Origin: Alphaproteobacteria bacterium | Lineage (GTDB): Bacteria > Pseudomonadota > Alphaproteobacteria > RF32 > CAG-239 | Length of the DNA stretch: 64,000 bases | Assembly: GCA_017465945.1 (NCBI GenBank) | Contig: JAFTVD010000008.1 | Coordinates: 91,144-155,143, forward strand | Reading direction: 5' to 3' | Made by a program: the position numbers and the translations under genes | In this document: positions 20,137 to 30,042 of the stretch, piece after piece | Numbering within the stretch: position 1 is the first letter of the stretch | Layout of the letters: every line of letters starts with the position of its first letter | Notes under the pieces: model-generated | Database searches by the model: none | Told to the model about the DNA's origin: nothing | The model's input: only the letters and a program-made list of their open reading frames with translations

Positions 20137-20535
20137 ATGGCGACCATTAACTATAAAGAACCTTCTCAACGACAACTCCGAGTGTCTCGTGAAATAAAAA
20201 AGATTATCGCAGGAGCATTAGAACGTGGAGAGGTAAGAAATCCATTGATATTGGATAATCTTGTAACTATAACAGATGTAGATATATCACCAGACCTAAA
20301 ATATTGTACTATTTATTTTACGACATTAAATGGTCAGAATTTAGGACAAATTGAAGATGATTTGAATGCAGAAAGTTGGGGTATGAAAAAACTTATTGCA
20401 AGCAAATTAAAGCTTCGTTATACACCAGACTTAAATTTTCGCATGGATGAGTCATTTGCAGAAGTTGATCGTATTGAAAAACTTTTGCGTGACCCTAAAG
20501 TAGCTAAAGATTTAAGTCATAAAGATGAAGAGTAA
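20137..20535 (+). CDS. rbfA: ribosome-binding factor A
   Basis: The position after infB, the size and the RVSREIKKIIAGALER motif fit RbfA. I prefer the ATG at 20137 over the TTG at 20134. Confidence 0.85.
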   Translation: MATINYKEPSQRQLRVSREIKKIIAGALERGEVRNPLILDNLVTITDVDISPDLKYCTIYFTTLNGQNLGQIEDDLNAESWGMKKLIASKLKLRYTPDLNFRMDESFAEVDRIEKLLRDPKVAKDLSHKDEE

Positions 20536-20555
20536 TTTTTTAAGGAGACTAAAAT

Positions 20556-20987
20556 ATGCTTAAGAATTTTGTATCAGAATTCAAAAAATTCGCAATGCGC
20601 GGTAATGTTATCGATATGGCTGTTGGTATTATTATCGGTGCTGCATTCGGTAAAATTGTTGATTCTTTGGTAAAAGATGTTTTAATGCCACCAATAGGTT
20701 TATTGCTTGGTAAAGTAGATTTTTCTGATTTGAAAATTATTTTAACAGAAGGTGAAAATCCAGTATCTATTAATTATGGATTATTTATCAATGCGCTTAT
20801 AAGCTTTTTAATTGTAGCTCTTGCAGTATTTATTTTGATTAAAGCTATTAATAAATTACAAGAAAAGACATGTAAAGAAGAAGCTGCAGCTCCAGCTGAA
20901 CCAACAACAAAGGTTTGTCCTCATTGTTGTTCAGAAATTGCAATTAAGGCAACTCGTTGCCCACATTGTACATCAGAATTAAAATAG
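20556..20987 (+). CDS. mscL: large-conductance mechanosensitive channel MscL with C-terminal CxxC...CxxC tail
   Basis: [20 protein letters not shown] is the MscL TM1 signature. The tail is [22 protein letters not shown]. Confidence 0.88.
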   Translation: MLKNFVSEFKKFAMRGNVIDMAVGIIIGAAFGKIVDSLVKDVLMPPIGLLLGKVDFSDLKIILTEGENPVSINYGLFINALISFLIVALAVFILIKAINKLQEKTCKEEAAAPAEPTTKVCPHCCSEIAIKATRCPHCTSELK

Positions 20988-21003
20988 TTTTTACTTTACA
21001 ATA

Positions 21004-21037
21004 AATCCCCTGAGATATAAATCTTAGGGGATTTTTT
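21004..21037. terminator. bidirectional intrinsic terminator
   Basis: Hairpin TCCCCTGAG-atataaat-CTTAGGGGA is followed by TTTTTT. It lies between convergent mscL and the 21101..22057 gene. Confidence 0.7.
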
Positions 21038-21100
21038 ATAGCATCTTTAGTAATTTTTTATAACACAAATATGCTATTGTCAAATATACTATTTCCGAAT

Positions 21101-22057
21101 TTATGCTTCCTCTAATTTTTCATCTGCTTTTATATATTCATAGATAAACAAAACAATACCAGAAATAAGAAGAGGTAAAAGATAGTATATAATTCTATAT
21201 GCAATTAATGCACCAAATAAAATAGCTTGATTTTCTTGACCAGGAAGTACATTTGAAAAAACTAATTCAAAGACACCTAATCCTCCAGGAACTTGGCTAT
21301 ATACACCTAAAACCTGAGCAATTATATAAGCCCCCATAAATGTCATAAAATCAATTTCAATAAAACAAATAAGAACAGAATAAAGCACTAAAGAAGCCAT
21401 AACTATATCAATGCTACCAATTAACATTTGTTCAATAGCTAAACGAAATTTAGGCATTCTAAATTTTATCCCCTTAATCGTAAAGCTTTTTTTGTAATAC
21501 AAGCTAGCCCAAAAATATAATCCTAAACCAACAACTGATAAAATTGTTGTTATTAAAGTTGATAATTTAGTTGTATTACTGCCACCATAAGCTTGCTCAG
21601 GTGTCATAACATACCCAACAATAATTAAAAAGAAACATGCAATCAAATATGTAAAACCGGAGAAAGTAATCATTTTTACAATATCACCTGGCTTAAATCC
21701 CCATCTGGAATAAAATCTATATCTAACAGCACCGCCTGATACAATAGCATGTCCTGCATTATTGCTTACAGAAAAACCAATAAAACCTGTTAATACCCAC
21801 TTCCAAGATTGTAATTTCTTTTTAATATATTTAAGAGCAAGATAATCATAAGTTGAGAGGGCTATATATCCTAAAAGTGAAGCAATTAGAGCGTAAAATA
21901 AATTTTTATGTGGAATATTTAAGATAGCATCTTTTAATTCACTCATTGTATATTTAGATAACTGGCGATAAATCATGTATATCGCTAATACAAAAAAGAA
22001 TAGTCCTAACCACGAAATTATTTTGTTTATAACAGATGATGATTTCAATTTTTGCAC
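21101..22057 (-). CDS. polytopic membrane protein, lysyl-phosphatidylglycerol synthase TM-region / flippase-like (UPF0104) family
   Basis: 318 aa with about 8 TM segments. The pattern LSTYDYLALKYI...GFSVSNNAGHAIVSGGAVRYRFYSRWG resembles the MprF N-terminal flippase-like domain. Confidence 0.55.
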   Translation of the reverse strand: MQKLKSSSVINKIISWLGLFFFVLAIYMIYRQLSKYTMSELKDAILNIPHKNLFYALIASLLGYIALSTYDYLALKYIKKKLQSWKWVLTGFIGFSVSNNAGHAIVSGGAVRYRFYSRWGFKPGDIVKMITFSGFTYLIACFFLIIVGYVMTPEQAYGGSNTTKLSTLITTILSVVGLGLYFWASLYYKKSFTIKGIKFRMPKFRLAIEQMLIGSIDIVMASLVLYSVLICFIEIDFMTFMGAYIIAQVLGVYSQVPGGLGVFELVFSNVLPGQENQAILFGALIAYRIIYYLLPLLISGIVLFIYEYIKADEKLEEA

Positions 22058-22067
22058 TCCTATTTAT

Positions 22068-23168
22068 TTAAAATAAATTAGAACTAGTAGTATTTTCAAT
22101 ATTCATATCAATATAAGCTTTTAAACTATTGCCAAAAGTTTGTCTTATGAAACTTGTTTGCTTTGATACTTCTGGTTTATAGTTTTCAGCATTAGCTTGA
22201 ACAGATAATAAGTCCTCAATTTTTAAAGATTTTTCAAGTAAGTCACGCCTTTTAGCTGCATAATCACTGCCCATAACTGCAGCAACGTTATAAAGAATAT
22301 GAGCATTTATTATATCTAAATTATATATTTTGCCCTGAGATAAAATATCTGCTAATTTAATTATAGCATCTAAATGTCCTTGAGCTACAGCTAGTCTTAA
22401 ATACTTAACAGCATGATTATAATTTTTTGTTGTACCATTACCTGATATATAGAACTCTGATAAAACATATTGGGCTTCATCATATTGATTGTCTGCAGCT
22501 TCTTTTATTAATTTAAATGCTTTAATATAATCTTGATTTACTAAAAAACCTTTATAATAAGAATATCCTAACAAATATTTTGCAGCATAATTAGATTGTT
22601 GAGCTTGTTCTAAAAGATCATAAATTTTTTGCCAATCACTTGAAGTTTTATTTTTCTTGCTATCACCAAGATATATAATAGCTAAATTAACGGCAGCATC
22701 ATTACTTCCAAGTCTAGCTGCTTCTTCAAAATAACTTATAGCTTTTTCATAATCAACTTCTGTCCCAATACCATTAAAATATAAACTACCCATGTTATTA
22801 AGAGCAACAGGACTTTTATTGTTAGCCGCAAGTCCATAGTAGTGTAAAGCTTGTTTGTAATCAATATTTACACCTTCTGAACCATATAAAAACATATATC
22901 CCAAATCAAGTTGAGATTGAATATCTCCATTATCAGCTTTTTCTTTAAGCATATCTACAGTTATTTTTTCTTTTGGCTCTTCCTTTTTAGTACTATCAAA
23001 TAAATTTAAAGTACTATCGAGTAAATTATTTTTATTGTCCGAATTTTCTGAAGAAATATTATTATCTGCAACACCTGAAATATCTTCCACGCCAAGCTCT
23101 ATCTGAGCATTTGTAGTAATGCTAAAATTTAACATAAAAAAACAAACTATAGATAATATTTTTTTCAT
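22068..23168 (-). CDS. secreted Sel1-like repeat (SLR) protein
   Basis: The start is set at the internal ATG (MKKILSIVCFFMLNFSITTNA signal peptide), which has a GGAGG RBS. Multiple A..YY..AA..G...A...LG..Y..G repeats are present. Confidence 0.8.
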   Translation of the reverse strand: MKKILSIVCFFMLNFSITTNAQIELGVEDISGVADNNISSENSDNKNNLLDSTLNLFDSTKKEEPKEKITVDMLKEKADNGDIQSQLDLGYMFLYGSEGVNIDYKQALHYYGLAANNKSPVALNNMGSLYFNGIGTEVDYEKAISYFEEAARLGSNDAAVNLAIIYLGDSKKNKTSSDWQKIYDLLEQAQQSNYAAKYLLGYSYYKGFLVNQDYIKAFKLIKEAADNQYDEAQYVLSEFYISGNGTTKNYNHAVKYLRLAVAQGHLDAIIKLADILSQGKIYNLDIINAHILYNVAAVMGSDYAAKRRDLLEKSLKIEDLLSVQANAENYKPEVSKQTSFIRQTFGNSLKAYIDMNIENTTSSNLF

Positions 23169-23302
23169 AGCAAATATACCTCCATTACCAACTAAAGCTA
23201 TCATAAGAAAACTAATAGAAAGTAAAAAAATATTGATTTTAATAAAAAATACAGTATAAAAAACGAATTGTAAATTAAAACACAAAAATATCCTATAAGA
23301 AA

Positions 23303-25108
23303 ATGAGCAAAGAACCTCCTATATATACCCTAAAAGATATAAGTCTCACGTTCGGTGTGAGGCCATTGTTTACATCTGTGAGCTTAAATATTTCCAGAGG
23401 AGATAAAATTTGCCTTGTTGGACGTAATGGTAGTGGAAAATCAACATTGCTAAAAGTTATTTCTAGCAATATTGCTCCAGACACAGGGGAAATATTTATT
23501 CAGCCTGGTATAAAAATTTCTTATATGGAACAAAATGAAACATTTAAGGAATATAATACATTAAAGGATGTTGTATTGGCAGGAATTGCCTCTAGCAATA
23601 AAAAAGAAGAAGAGTATAAGGCAGATATTTTAATAAATGACCTAGAAATAGATGCAAAAGCATCTCCACTTACCGCATCAGGAGGAGAATTAAAAAAAGC
23701 ATCATTGGCAAAAGCTTTAATCTCAAATCCTGATATTTTGCTTTTAGATGAGCCTACAAACCACCTAGATATTAAAACTATAGAAAAATTAGAAAAGATT
23801 ATAAATGAAAATAAGGGAGCTGTAATTGTTATTAGTCATGATAGATCATTTTTAAATAAAATATCAAATAAAACATTATGGTTAGATAGAGGTGTTGTAT
23901 ATACAAATAATCAAGGTTTTTCAACATTTGAATCATGGCAAGAGGAACTATTAGAGCAAGAAATAATAAAACAAAAAAACTTAAATAAAAAAATAGAAGA
24001 AGAAACGGAATGGCTTCACAAAGGAGTAACTGCTCGTCGTAAACGTAATCAAGGACGATTAAGACGTCTCCAACAACTAAGACAAGAACGTAAAGAACAA
24101 ATAAAAAAAATAGGCTCAGTAGAGTTAGAAATAAAAGAAGGTGATATGCGTTCTAAATTAGTAATGGAAGCAAAACATATCTCCAAAACATTTGGCTCAA
24201 GAGATATTGTAAAAGATTTTTCAATTAGAGTTCTAAAAGGTAATCGTATAGGTATTGTTGGTCCTAATGGGGCAGGAAAGACAACCTTAATAAAAATGCT
24301 AACTAAAAATTTAGAGCCAGATAGTGGTTTTGTACGTTTAGGTAAAAATTTGGAAATGGCATATTTTGACCAAAATAGAGAGAAGTTAGATCCAGAAAAA
24401 ACATTGTGGAGAACACTTTGTGGTGAGGGAGACCATATTTATGTAAGAGGACACTATCGTCATGTTGTTGCATATCTAAAAGATTTTTTATTCACCCCTG
24501 ACCAAGCAAAATCGCCAGTTTCTTGCTTGTCAGGTGGTGAGAAAAACCGTCTTATGCTGGCTTTATCATTAGCAAAAGAATCAAATTTTTTAGTATTAGA
24601 TGAGCCAACCAATGATTTAGACATGGATACACTTGATTTGTTACAAGAGGTATTGGACGAATACCAAGGTACAATTTTATTAATTAGTCACGATAGAGAT
24701 TTTTTAGATAAAATATCTACATCTATGTTATATATGAAAGGTGATGGATCAATAATTGAACATGTTGGAAGCTATGATGAACTATATAAAAAATATATAA
24801 ATGTAAAAAATAAAGAAGAAAAGAAAGATGTTATAAAAAGGCAAGATAAATCGCAAATCAAATCAGAGACTAAACCATTAAAATTAAGCTATAAAGACCA
24901 AAGATTATATGAAGTGTTACCTAGCGAAATTGAAAAACTAGAAAAAGATATATTGGATATCGAAAAAGAATTGGAAGATACTACTCTTTTTGCAAGAGAT
25001 GAAAATAAATTTTACAATTTAACCCAAAAATTAGAAGATCTTAAGCAAGAAAAAGACGAAAAAGAAACAAAGTGGCTTGAAATTGAATTATTGAAAAGTT
25101 CTTTATAA
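23303..25108 (+). CDS. ABC-F family ATPase (Uup-like)
   Basis: There are two NBDs (GRNGSGKSTLLK and GPNGAGKTTLIK; signatures SGGELKK and LSGGEKNRL), an inter-domain linker and a coiled-coil tail. No TM domain is present. Confidence 0.88.
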   Translation: MSKEPPIYTLKDISLTFGVRPLFTSVSLNISRGDKICLVGRNGSGKSTLLKVISSNIAPDTGEIFIQPGIKISYMEQNETFKEYNTLKDVVLAGIASSNKKEEEYKADILINDLEIDAKASPLTASGGELKKASLAKALISNPDILLLDEPTNHLDIKTIEKLEKIINENKGAVIVISHDRSFLNKISNKTLWLDRGVVYTNNQGFSTFESWQEELLEQEIIKQKNLNKKIEEETEWLHKGVTARRKRNQGRLRRLQQLRQERKEQIKKIGSVELEIKEGDMRSKLVMEAKHISKTFGSRDIVKDFSIRVLKGNRIGIVGPNGAGKTTLIKMLTKNLEPDSGFVRLGKNLEMAYFDQNREKLDPEKTLWRTLCGEGDHIYVRGHYRHVVAYLKDFLFTPDQAKSPVSCLSGGEKNRLMLALSLAKESNFLVLDEPTNDLDMDTLDLLQEVLDEYQGTILLISHDRDFLDKISTSMLYMKGDGSIIEHVGSYDELYKKYINVKNKEEKKDVIKRQDKSQIKSETKPLKLSYKDQRLYEVLPSEIEKLEKDILDIEKELEDTTLFARDENKFYNLTQKLEDLKQEKDEKETKWLEIELLKSSL

Positions 25109-25187
25109 ATGTAAACCTAAATATAATAATTTGTTTTTTATAAATATATTCATGTTAAGCAATCGACACCTTTAAAAGTAGTAAAGG

Positions 25188-25409
25188 ATGCTTAAAATGA
25201 ATAAAAATAATAAAAAAGATGTTACAAAGTTAAATTTCAATGTAAATATAACTAAAGAAAAATACAAAAATCACTTATTTATAGAGTTGCCAAACAATAT
25301 AAGTAAGTATCCACACTCACCAAATATAAATAGGTCAAGTGGTAAAAATCTGTTTACATTTGGTGAAAAAAATGTATTTGTGTCATCAAATTTAAAGCAC
25401 AAAAAATAA
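25188..25409 (+). CDS. small hypothetical protein (weak call)
   Basis: 73-aa ORF with an AAAGGA RBS-like element. The composition is low-complexity Asn/Lys-rich and I recognise no homolog. Confidence 0.25.
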   Translation: MLKMNKNNKKDVTKLNFNVNITKEKYKNHLFIELPNNISKYPHSPNINRSSGKNLFTFGEKNVFVSSNLKHKK

Positions 25410-25459
25410 AACAATCAATTAAAAATAATTAATTAAACCCACAAGATGTCATTGCTTAA

Positions 25460-25954
25460 CTATCTATTGACGATAAAAAATAAAACACCAAGTAAAAGTA
25501 TTGAAGCAAAAATACCAGCAAAAACATCATCAAGCATAACTCCATATGCGTTTTTTATTTTTGTATCTGCATATTTTACAGGTCCCATCTTTAAGATATC
25601 AAAAAATCTAAAAAACACAAAACCAAGCACATAATAAAGAATACCAGAGGTTTCAGTTAAATATTCAGGAGCTAAAAAAGATAAGAAAGAAAAAGAAAGT
25701 AATTGCCCAACAACCTCATCAATAACAACTTTAGATGGATCTTCGTTTTGACTTTCTTTTATAACAATATCAGTTGCTTTAACACCTATAAAGAATAAAA
25801 TAACCGCAACTACTAATAATGCTATAAAACCACCAAAATAGATAAGGACAAACACAAGAGGTAATGTTCCAAGTGATCCAACTGTGCCAGGAGCATACTT
25901 AGAAAGTCCTAACCCAAAATATGTTGCTATAATATTTGCTAATTTGCTATTCAT
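25460..25954 (-). CDS. pgpA: phosphatidylglycerophosphatase A
   Basis: 164 aa. YFGLGLSKYAPGTVGSLGTLP and DDVFAGI are typical PgpA motifs. Confidence 0.85.
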   Translation of the reverse strand: MNSKLANIIATYFGLGLSKYAPGTVGSLGTLPLVFVLIYFGGFIALLVVAVILFFIGVKATDIVIKESQNEDPSKVVIDEVVGQLLSFSFLSFLAPEYLTETSGILYYVLGFVFFRFFDILKMGPVKYADTKIKNAYGVMLDDVFAGIFASILLLGVLFFIVNR

Positions 25955-26080
25955 CTTTTTCTCCTAAATCATATAAATAAAAATACATAAAATAAAAGTT
26001 TTTACAAATATAAAATATTTTATCCACGAATAATTAATAATTTCGTGTTAAATAAATACTCAAAGTTAAAGGAGTAATAT

Positions 26081-27106
26081 ATGTCTAAGAAAAAATTTAT
26101 TGTATCTGTAGTTGTTTTATTTATCGCAATATGCGCCATTTTAAGCTCATTGATTACAAGCTCAAAAAGTAAGATAATTCCTACAAAAGAACAAGAGATA
26201 ACTCAAAAAAATAACAATATAAGACCTCAAAAAATACGCATACAAAAAAATAATTGTCCACTAGAAAAAGGTGAAGTTAATATTGCACTAATTACCGATT
26301 CTCGATATACTCCACCTACAAGTGTAGTAATGTATTCTGCTATAAAAAATAAATGTGAAAATTCTACATATAATTTTTATATAATAACAGAAAACATCAC
26401 CAAAGAAGATGAAAATTTATTATATCGATTAAAAAATTTGGCACCTGATACTGTAAATATTACTCTCATACCAAGACATGAACCAGACCTGCCATATGAG
26501 AATATGCAACGCTTTTTACAATACAAAGTAGGTATGCACAAAGTTTATTTGCCAGAGATATTAAAAGATATTGATAAAGTAATCTATATGGACGGGGACG
26601 TAATCGTATTAAAAGACTTAAGAGAGTTGTTTAATATTGATGTTACAGATGTATATGCAGCAGTTGCCAAAGATGGTATATTTTATCGTTTTCCAAAAGA
26701 AATGGCTGAAATTGGCCTTGATAAGAGAGGATTCTATTTTAACAGTGGTGTAATGCTTTATAATCTAAAAGAGCAACGTAAAGATGATATAGTTAATAAA
26801 TTAGTTGACTATGTGAAAACTCATAAAGATTTTTATGGTGATCAAGATGTATTAAACGTAGTATTTGGCGATAAATTAAAGCTTATGTCATATAGATATA
26901 ACTGTATAAGTACCTTTTTTGAAGCAGATGATCTTAATTTTTTAAGTCAATATTTTGGAGAAAAATTGCCAACTGATACATTTTATATCTATGAAAATTC
27001 AACAATTATACATTATGCGGGGGATAAACCTTGGTTTGATAACTACACACCCAAATACTTAAGTGAGCTTTGGTTTAGATACTATAATGAAGTAAAGGAT
27101 TACTAA
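26081..27106 (+). CDS. glycosyltransferase family 8 (LPS/LOS glycosyltransferase-like), N-terminal TM anchor
   Basis: The DxD motif is in VIYMDGDVIVLKD. Also seen are NSGVMLYNL, DQDVLN and HYAGDKPW. Confidence 0.8.
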   Translation: MSKKKFIVSVVVLFIAICAILSSLITSSKSKIIPTKEQEITQKNNNIRPQKIRIQKNNCPLEKGEVNIALITDSRYTPPTSVVMYSAIKNKCENSTYNFYIITENITKEDENLLYRLKNLAPDTVNITLIPRHEPDLPYENMQRFLQYKVGMHKVYLPEILKDIDKVIYMDGDVIVLKDLRELFNIDVTDVYAAVAKDGIFYRFPKEMAEIGLDKRGFYFNSGVMLYNLKEQRKDDIVNKLVDYVKTHKDFYGDQDVLNVVFGDKLKLMSYRYNCISTFFEADDLNFLSQYFGEKLPTDTFYIYENSTIIHYAGDKPWFDNYTPKYLSELWFRYYNEVKDY

Positions 27107-28032
27107 TGCAAAAAAAATATATATTTTTCATATCACTTATATTATTGTTGCTACTAATTGTAGGAATTTACTTAGTATTTTTATATAAAAATAATGTAAA
27201 TATTGCTTATATGAGTGATAGAAAATATCTTCCATATATGATGGTGTCTATTAATTCTGCAATAGAAAATAAAAATGAAAAAACAAAATACAATATATAT
27301 GTTATAGCCAAAGATTTTAACCAAGAGGATATAGAAAAAATAAAACAAATAGAACAAGAAAAAGTAAAGATAAACATTATTACAGCACGAGAAAAAACAC
27401 TAGATTATTCTCATTTAGGGCGTTTTTCTTCATTTAAAACCGCAATGCAAAAAATATTTTTACCAGATTATCTAAAAGATATAGATAAAGTTTTATATTT
27501 GGATTCTGATACGATTGTTCAAAAAGATTTATCCAAATTATATAATACAAATATGAGAAATATTTATATTGCAGCAACCAAAGACGGCTTGATGTATCAG
27601 TATCCAGAACATATAAAGGAAGTAGGACTAGAGTGGCGCAATTTTTATTTTAATAGTGGAATTATGTTGTTAAATTTAAAAGAAATGCGCCAAAATAACC
27701 TAGTAGATAAATCTATTCAATATTTTAATAATCATAATGAAGTATTTGCAGATCAAGATATTTTAAATGTTGTAACAAAAGATAAAGTAAAGGAAATATC
27801 ATATCGCTACAATGTTAATAGTACCTTTTTTGAAGAAGAAAGTGCAAGTTTCTTAAGTAATTTCTTTAAAGAGAAAGTGCCTCAAACATCAAGAGAAGTC
27901 TATGATGATGCCGTGATTTTGCATTTTGCAGGTCATAAACCTTGGACTGAGTGGTTTAGTCATTCATACCTAAAGCCTTTATGGTATGAATATGCTAATA
28001 GAACTAAAGAAAAATATAAAATAACCTTCTAA
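27106..28032 (+). CDS. glycosyltransferase family 8, tandem paralog
   Basis: Motifs are YLDSDTIVQKD, NSGIMLLNL, DQDILN and HFAGHKPW. The start overlaps the upstream stop (TAATG). Confidence 0.8.
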   Translation: MQKKYIFFISLILLLLLIVGIYLVFLYKNNVNIAYMSDRKYLPYMMVSINSAIENKNEKTKYNIYVIAKDFNQEDIEKIKQIEQEKVKINIITAREKTLDYSHLGRFSSFKTAMQKIFLPDYLKDIDKVLYLDSDTIVQKDLSKLYNTNMRNIYIAATKDGLMYQYPEHIKEVGLEWRNFYFNSGIMLLNLKEMRQNNLVDKSIQYFNNHNEVFADQDILNVVTKDKVKEISYRYNVNSTFFEEESASFLSNFFKEKVPQTSREVYDDAVILHFAGHKPWTEWFSHSYLKPLWYEYANRTKEKYKITF

Positions 28033-28097
28033 AATTAGCTTGCACAATATTAATTTTAGAGTTAGTATCCTCCCCATTGATAAAAAGGATAATAAAA

Positions 28098-29126
28098 ATG
28101 GTAAAAGTTGTTTCGTTTGGATGTCGTATAAATAGTTATGAAGGGGAAATTTTTAAGGAAAAACTTAAAAATTATGACAATCTTATAGTTGTAAATACTT
28201 GCGCTGTAACCAAAGAGGCGGAACGTCAATGTTGTCAAACAATCCGTAAATTAAAAAAAGAAAACCCTAATTCAAAAATAGTTGTAACAGGCTGTGCAGC
28301 TCAGGTTAGTACTTCTCGATTTAGCCAAATGGAAGAAGTTGATTTAGTTCTAGGAAATAAAGAAAAAACTGAAATAGAAAAATATTTGGTATCCAAAGAT
28401 AAGACTGTTGTCGGTGATATTTTTTCATTTTCAGGATATGATGCCTATATGATTACAGGGTTTGAAGGACGAGAACGTGCTTTTGTTGAAATACAGCAAG
28501 GCTGTGATCATCGTTGTACATACTGCATAATTCCTTATGCTAGAGGAAATAATCGTTCTGTGAAAAAAGAAAAAATAATCGAGCAAATAAAAGTTCTTTT
28601 AGATGAAGGGTTTAAGGAAATATGCTTAACAGGAATAGACGCATGTTCATATAAACCAAGTTTTAGCGGTTTAGTTGAAGATATATTAAAGACATTTCCT
28701 AATCTTCCATCTCTTCAATTTGGCTCTCTAGATCCAGCATCACTTGATGAAAATTTTATAAAATTGGTAAAAGAATACAAAAATATTAATCCTCATTTTC
28801 ATTTTTCAATTCAATCTGGAGATAACTTAATATTAAAAAGAATGGGAAGACGCCATAGACGTGAAACTGTTATAGAATTAACAAAAAAGATAAGAGATGT
28901 TAGACATGATGCAACATTTGGAGCAGATTTTATATGTGGCTTTCCAACAGAAACAGATGAAAATTTTGAAAATACACTTAAATTAGTTGAAGAAGCAAAA
29001 ATTGATAAATTGCATGTTTTTCCATATTCAGAGCGACCAGGGACACCTGCTGCTAAAATGCCACAAGTTCCAGTTAATATTCGAAGAAAACGTGCAGAAG
29101 CATTAAGACAATTAAGAAAGGAATAG
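28098..29126 (+). CDS. mtaB: radical-SAM methylthiotransferase, MtaB/MiaB-like, apparently lacking a TRAM domain
   Basis: An N-terminal UPF0004-type domain (VVSFGCRINSYE...NTCAVT) is followed by the radical SAM motif CDHRCTYC. The ORF ends at ...RRKRAEALRQLRKE with no beta-rich TRAM tail. The start may instead be 28077. Confidence 0.7.
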   Translation: MVKVVSFGCRINSYEGEIFKEKLKNYDNLIVVNTCAVTKEAERQCCQTIRKLKKENPNSKIVVTGCAAQVSTSRFSQMEEVDLVLGNKEKTEIEKYLVSKDKTVVGDIFSFSGYDAYMITGFEGRERAFVEIQQGCDHRCTYCIIPYARGNNRSVKKEKIIEQIKVLLDEGFKEICLTGIDACSYKPSFSGLVEDILKTFPNLPSLQFGSLDPASLDENFIKLVKEYKNINPHFHFSIQSGDNLILKRMGRRHRRETVIELTKKIRDVRHDATFGADFICGFPTETDENFENTLKLVEEAKIDKLHVFPYSERPGTPAAKMPQVPVNIRRKRAEALRQLRKE

Positions 29127-29127
29127 T

Positions 29128-30042
29128 ATGGTTAATTTTTTTCAAAAATTAGGTTTAGGCTTAAAAAAGACTTCTGAAAATTTAAGTAAAGGTATTACAG
29201 ATATATTTACCAAAGAAGCTTTGTCAAAAGATACAATTACTGATTTAGAAGATTTACTATATTCATCTGATGTTGGGGTTAAAGCTACATCTGAAATTAT
29301 ATCAAAATTTTCATCAAAAAAAATCGATAAAGGAAGCGATATAACCAAAATAAAAGAAGAATTACAAAAAGATATTGAAGAAATTTTAAAACCATCTGAA
29401 CAAGAATTTGTAATTGATAAAACAAAATCACCATACATTGTTTTAATGGTTGGAGTAAATGGTGCAGGAAAAACAACATCTATAGGAAAACTAGGAAAGA
29501 AATTTTCAAATAAAGGTTATAAAGTATCATTTATTGCAGGAGATACATTTAGAGCAGCAGCTGTAGAGCAATTATCAGAATGGGGGAAAAGAAATGGTGT
29601 TAGAGTTTTTTCAGGTCCTTCAGGATGTGATAGTGCAGGGCTTTGTTATGATGGAATAAAAGAAGCCATAAACAAAGGAGATGATATTGTGTTTATCGAT
29701 ACAGCAGGTCGTCTTCAAAATAAAAAAGGCTTAATGGATGAACTGCAAAAAATTATAAGAGTAATAAAGAAAATTCTACCAGATGCACCACATAAAACTC
29801 TCATAACAATAGACGCTACTACCGGACAAAATGGTTTAGACCAAGTTAAAACATTTAAAGAACTTGTTGATGTTAATGGTATAATAATAACTAAATTAGA
29901 TGGAACTTCAAAAGGTGGTATACTATTAGCAATAGCATCCGAAACATCAACCCCAATACATTATATTGGCATAGGAGAGGGAATTGATGATATGGATGTA
30001 TTTAACGCAAAAGACTTCACAAAAGGGCTTTTAGGGCTATGA
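29128..30042 (+). CDS. ftsY: signal recognition particle receptor FtsY (NG-only, short form)
   Basis: Motifs are GVNGAGKTTSIGKL, DTAGRLQNK and TKLDGTSKGG. At 304 aa there is no acidic A domain. Confidence 0.9.
   Translation: MVNFFQKLGLGLKKTSENLSKGITDIFTKEALSKDTITDLEDLLYSSDVGVKATSEIISKFSSKKIDKGSDITKIKEELQKDIEEILKPSEQEFVIDKTKSPYIVLMVGVNGAGKTTSIGKLGKKFSNKGYKVSFIAGDTFRAAAVEQLSEWGKRNGVRVFSGPSGCDSAGLCYDGIKEAINKGDDIVFIDTAGRLQNKKGLMDELQKIIRVIKKILPDAPHKTLITIDATTGQNGLDQVKTFKELVDVNGIIITKLDGTSKGGILLAIASETSTPIHYIGIGEGIDDMDVFNAKDFTKGLLGL

Noticed and set aside
23169-23285. N-terminal 39-aa extension of the Sel1 ORF (ORF-track start 23285)
   Set aside because: The internal ATG at 23168 has a GGAGG RBS and yields a canonical signal peptide. 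The extension is hydrophobic junk that overlaps the divergent promoter region.
23293-23484. 63-aa minus-strand ORF overlapping the ABC-F start
   Set aside because: It is antisense to a Walker-A-encoding region of a well-supported gene.
25446-25634. 62-aa plus-strand ORF overlapping pgpA
   Set aside because: It is antisense to pgpA with no RBS.
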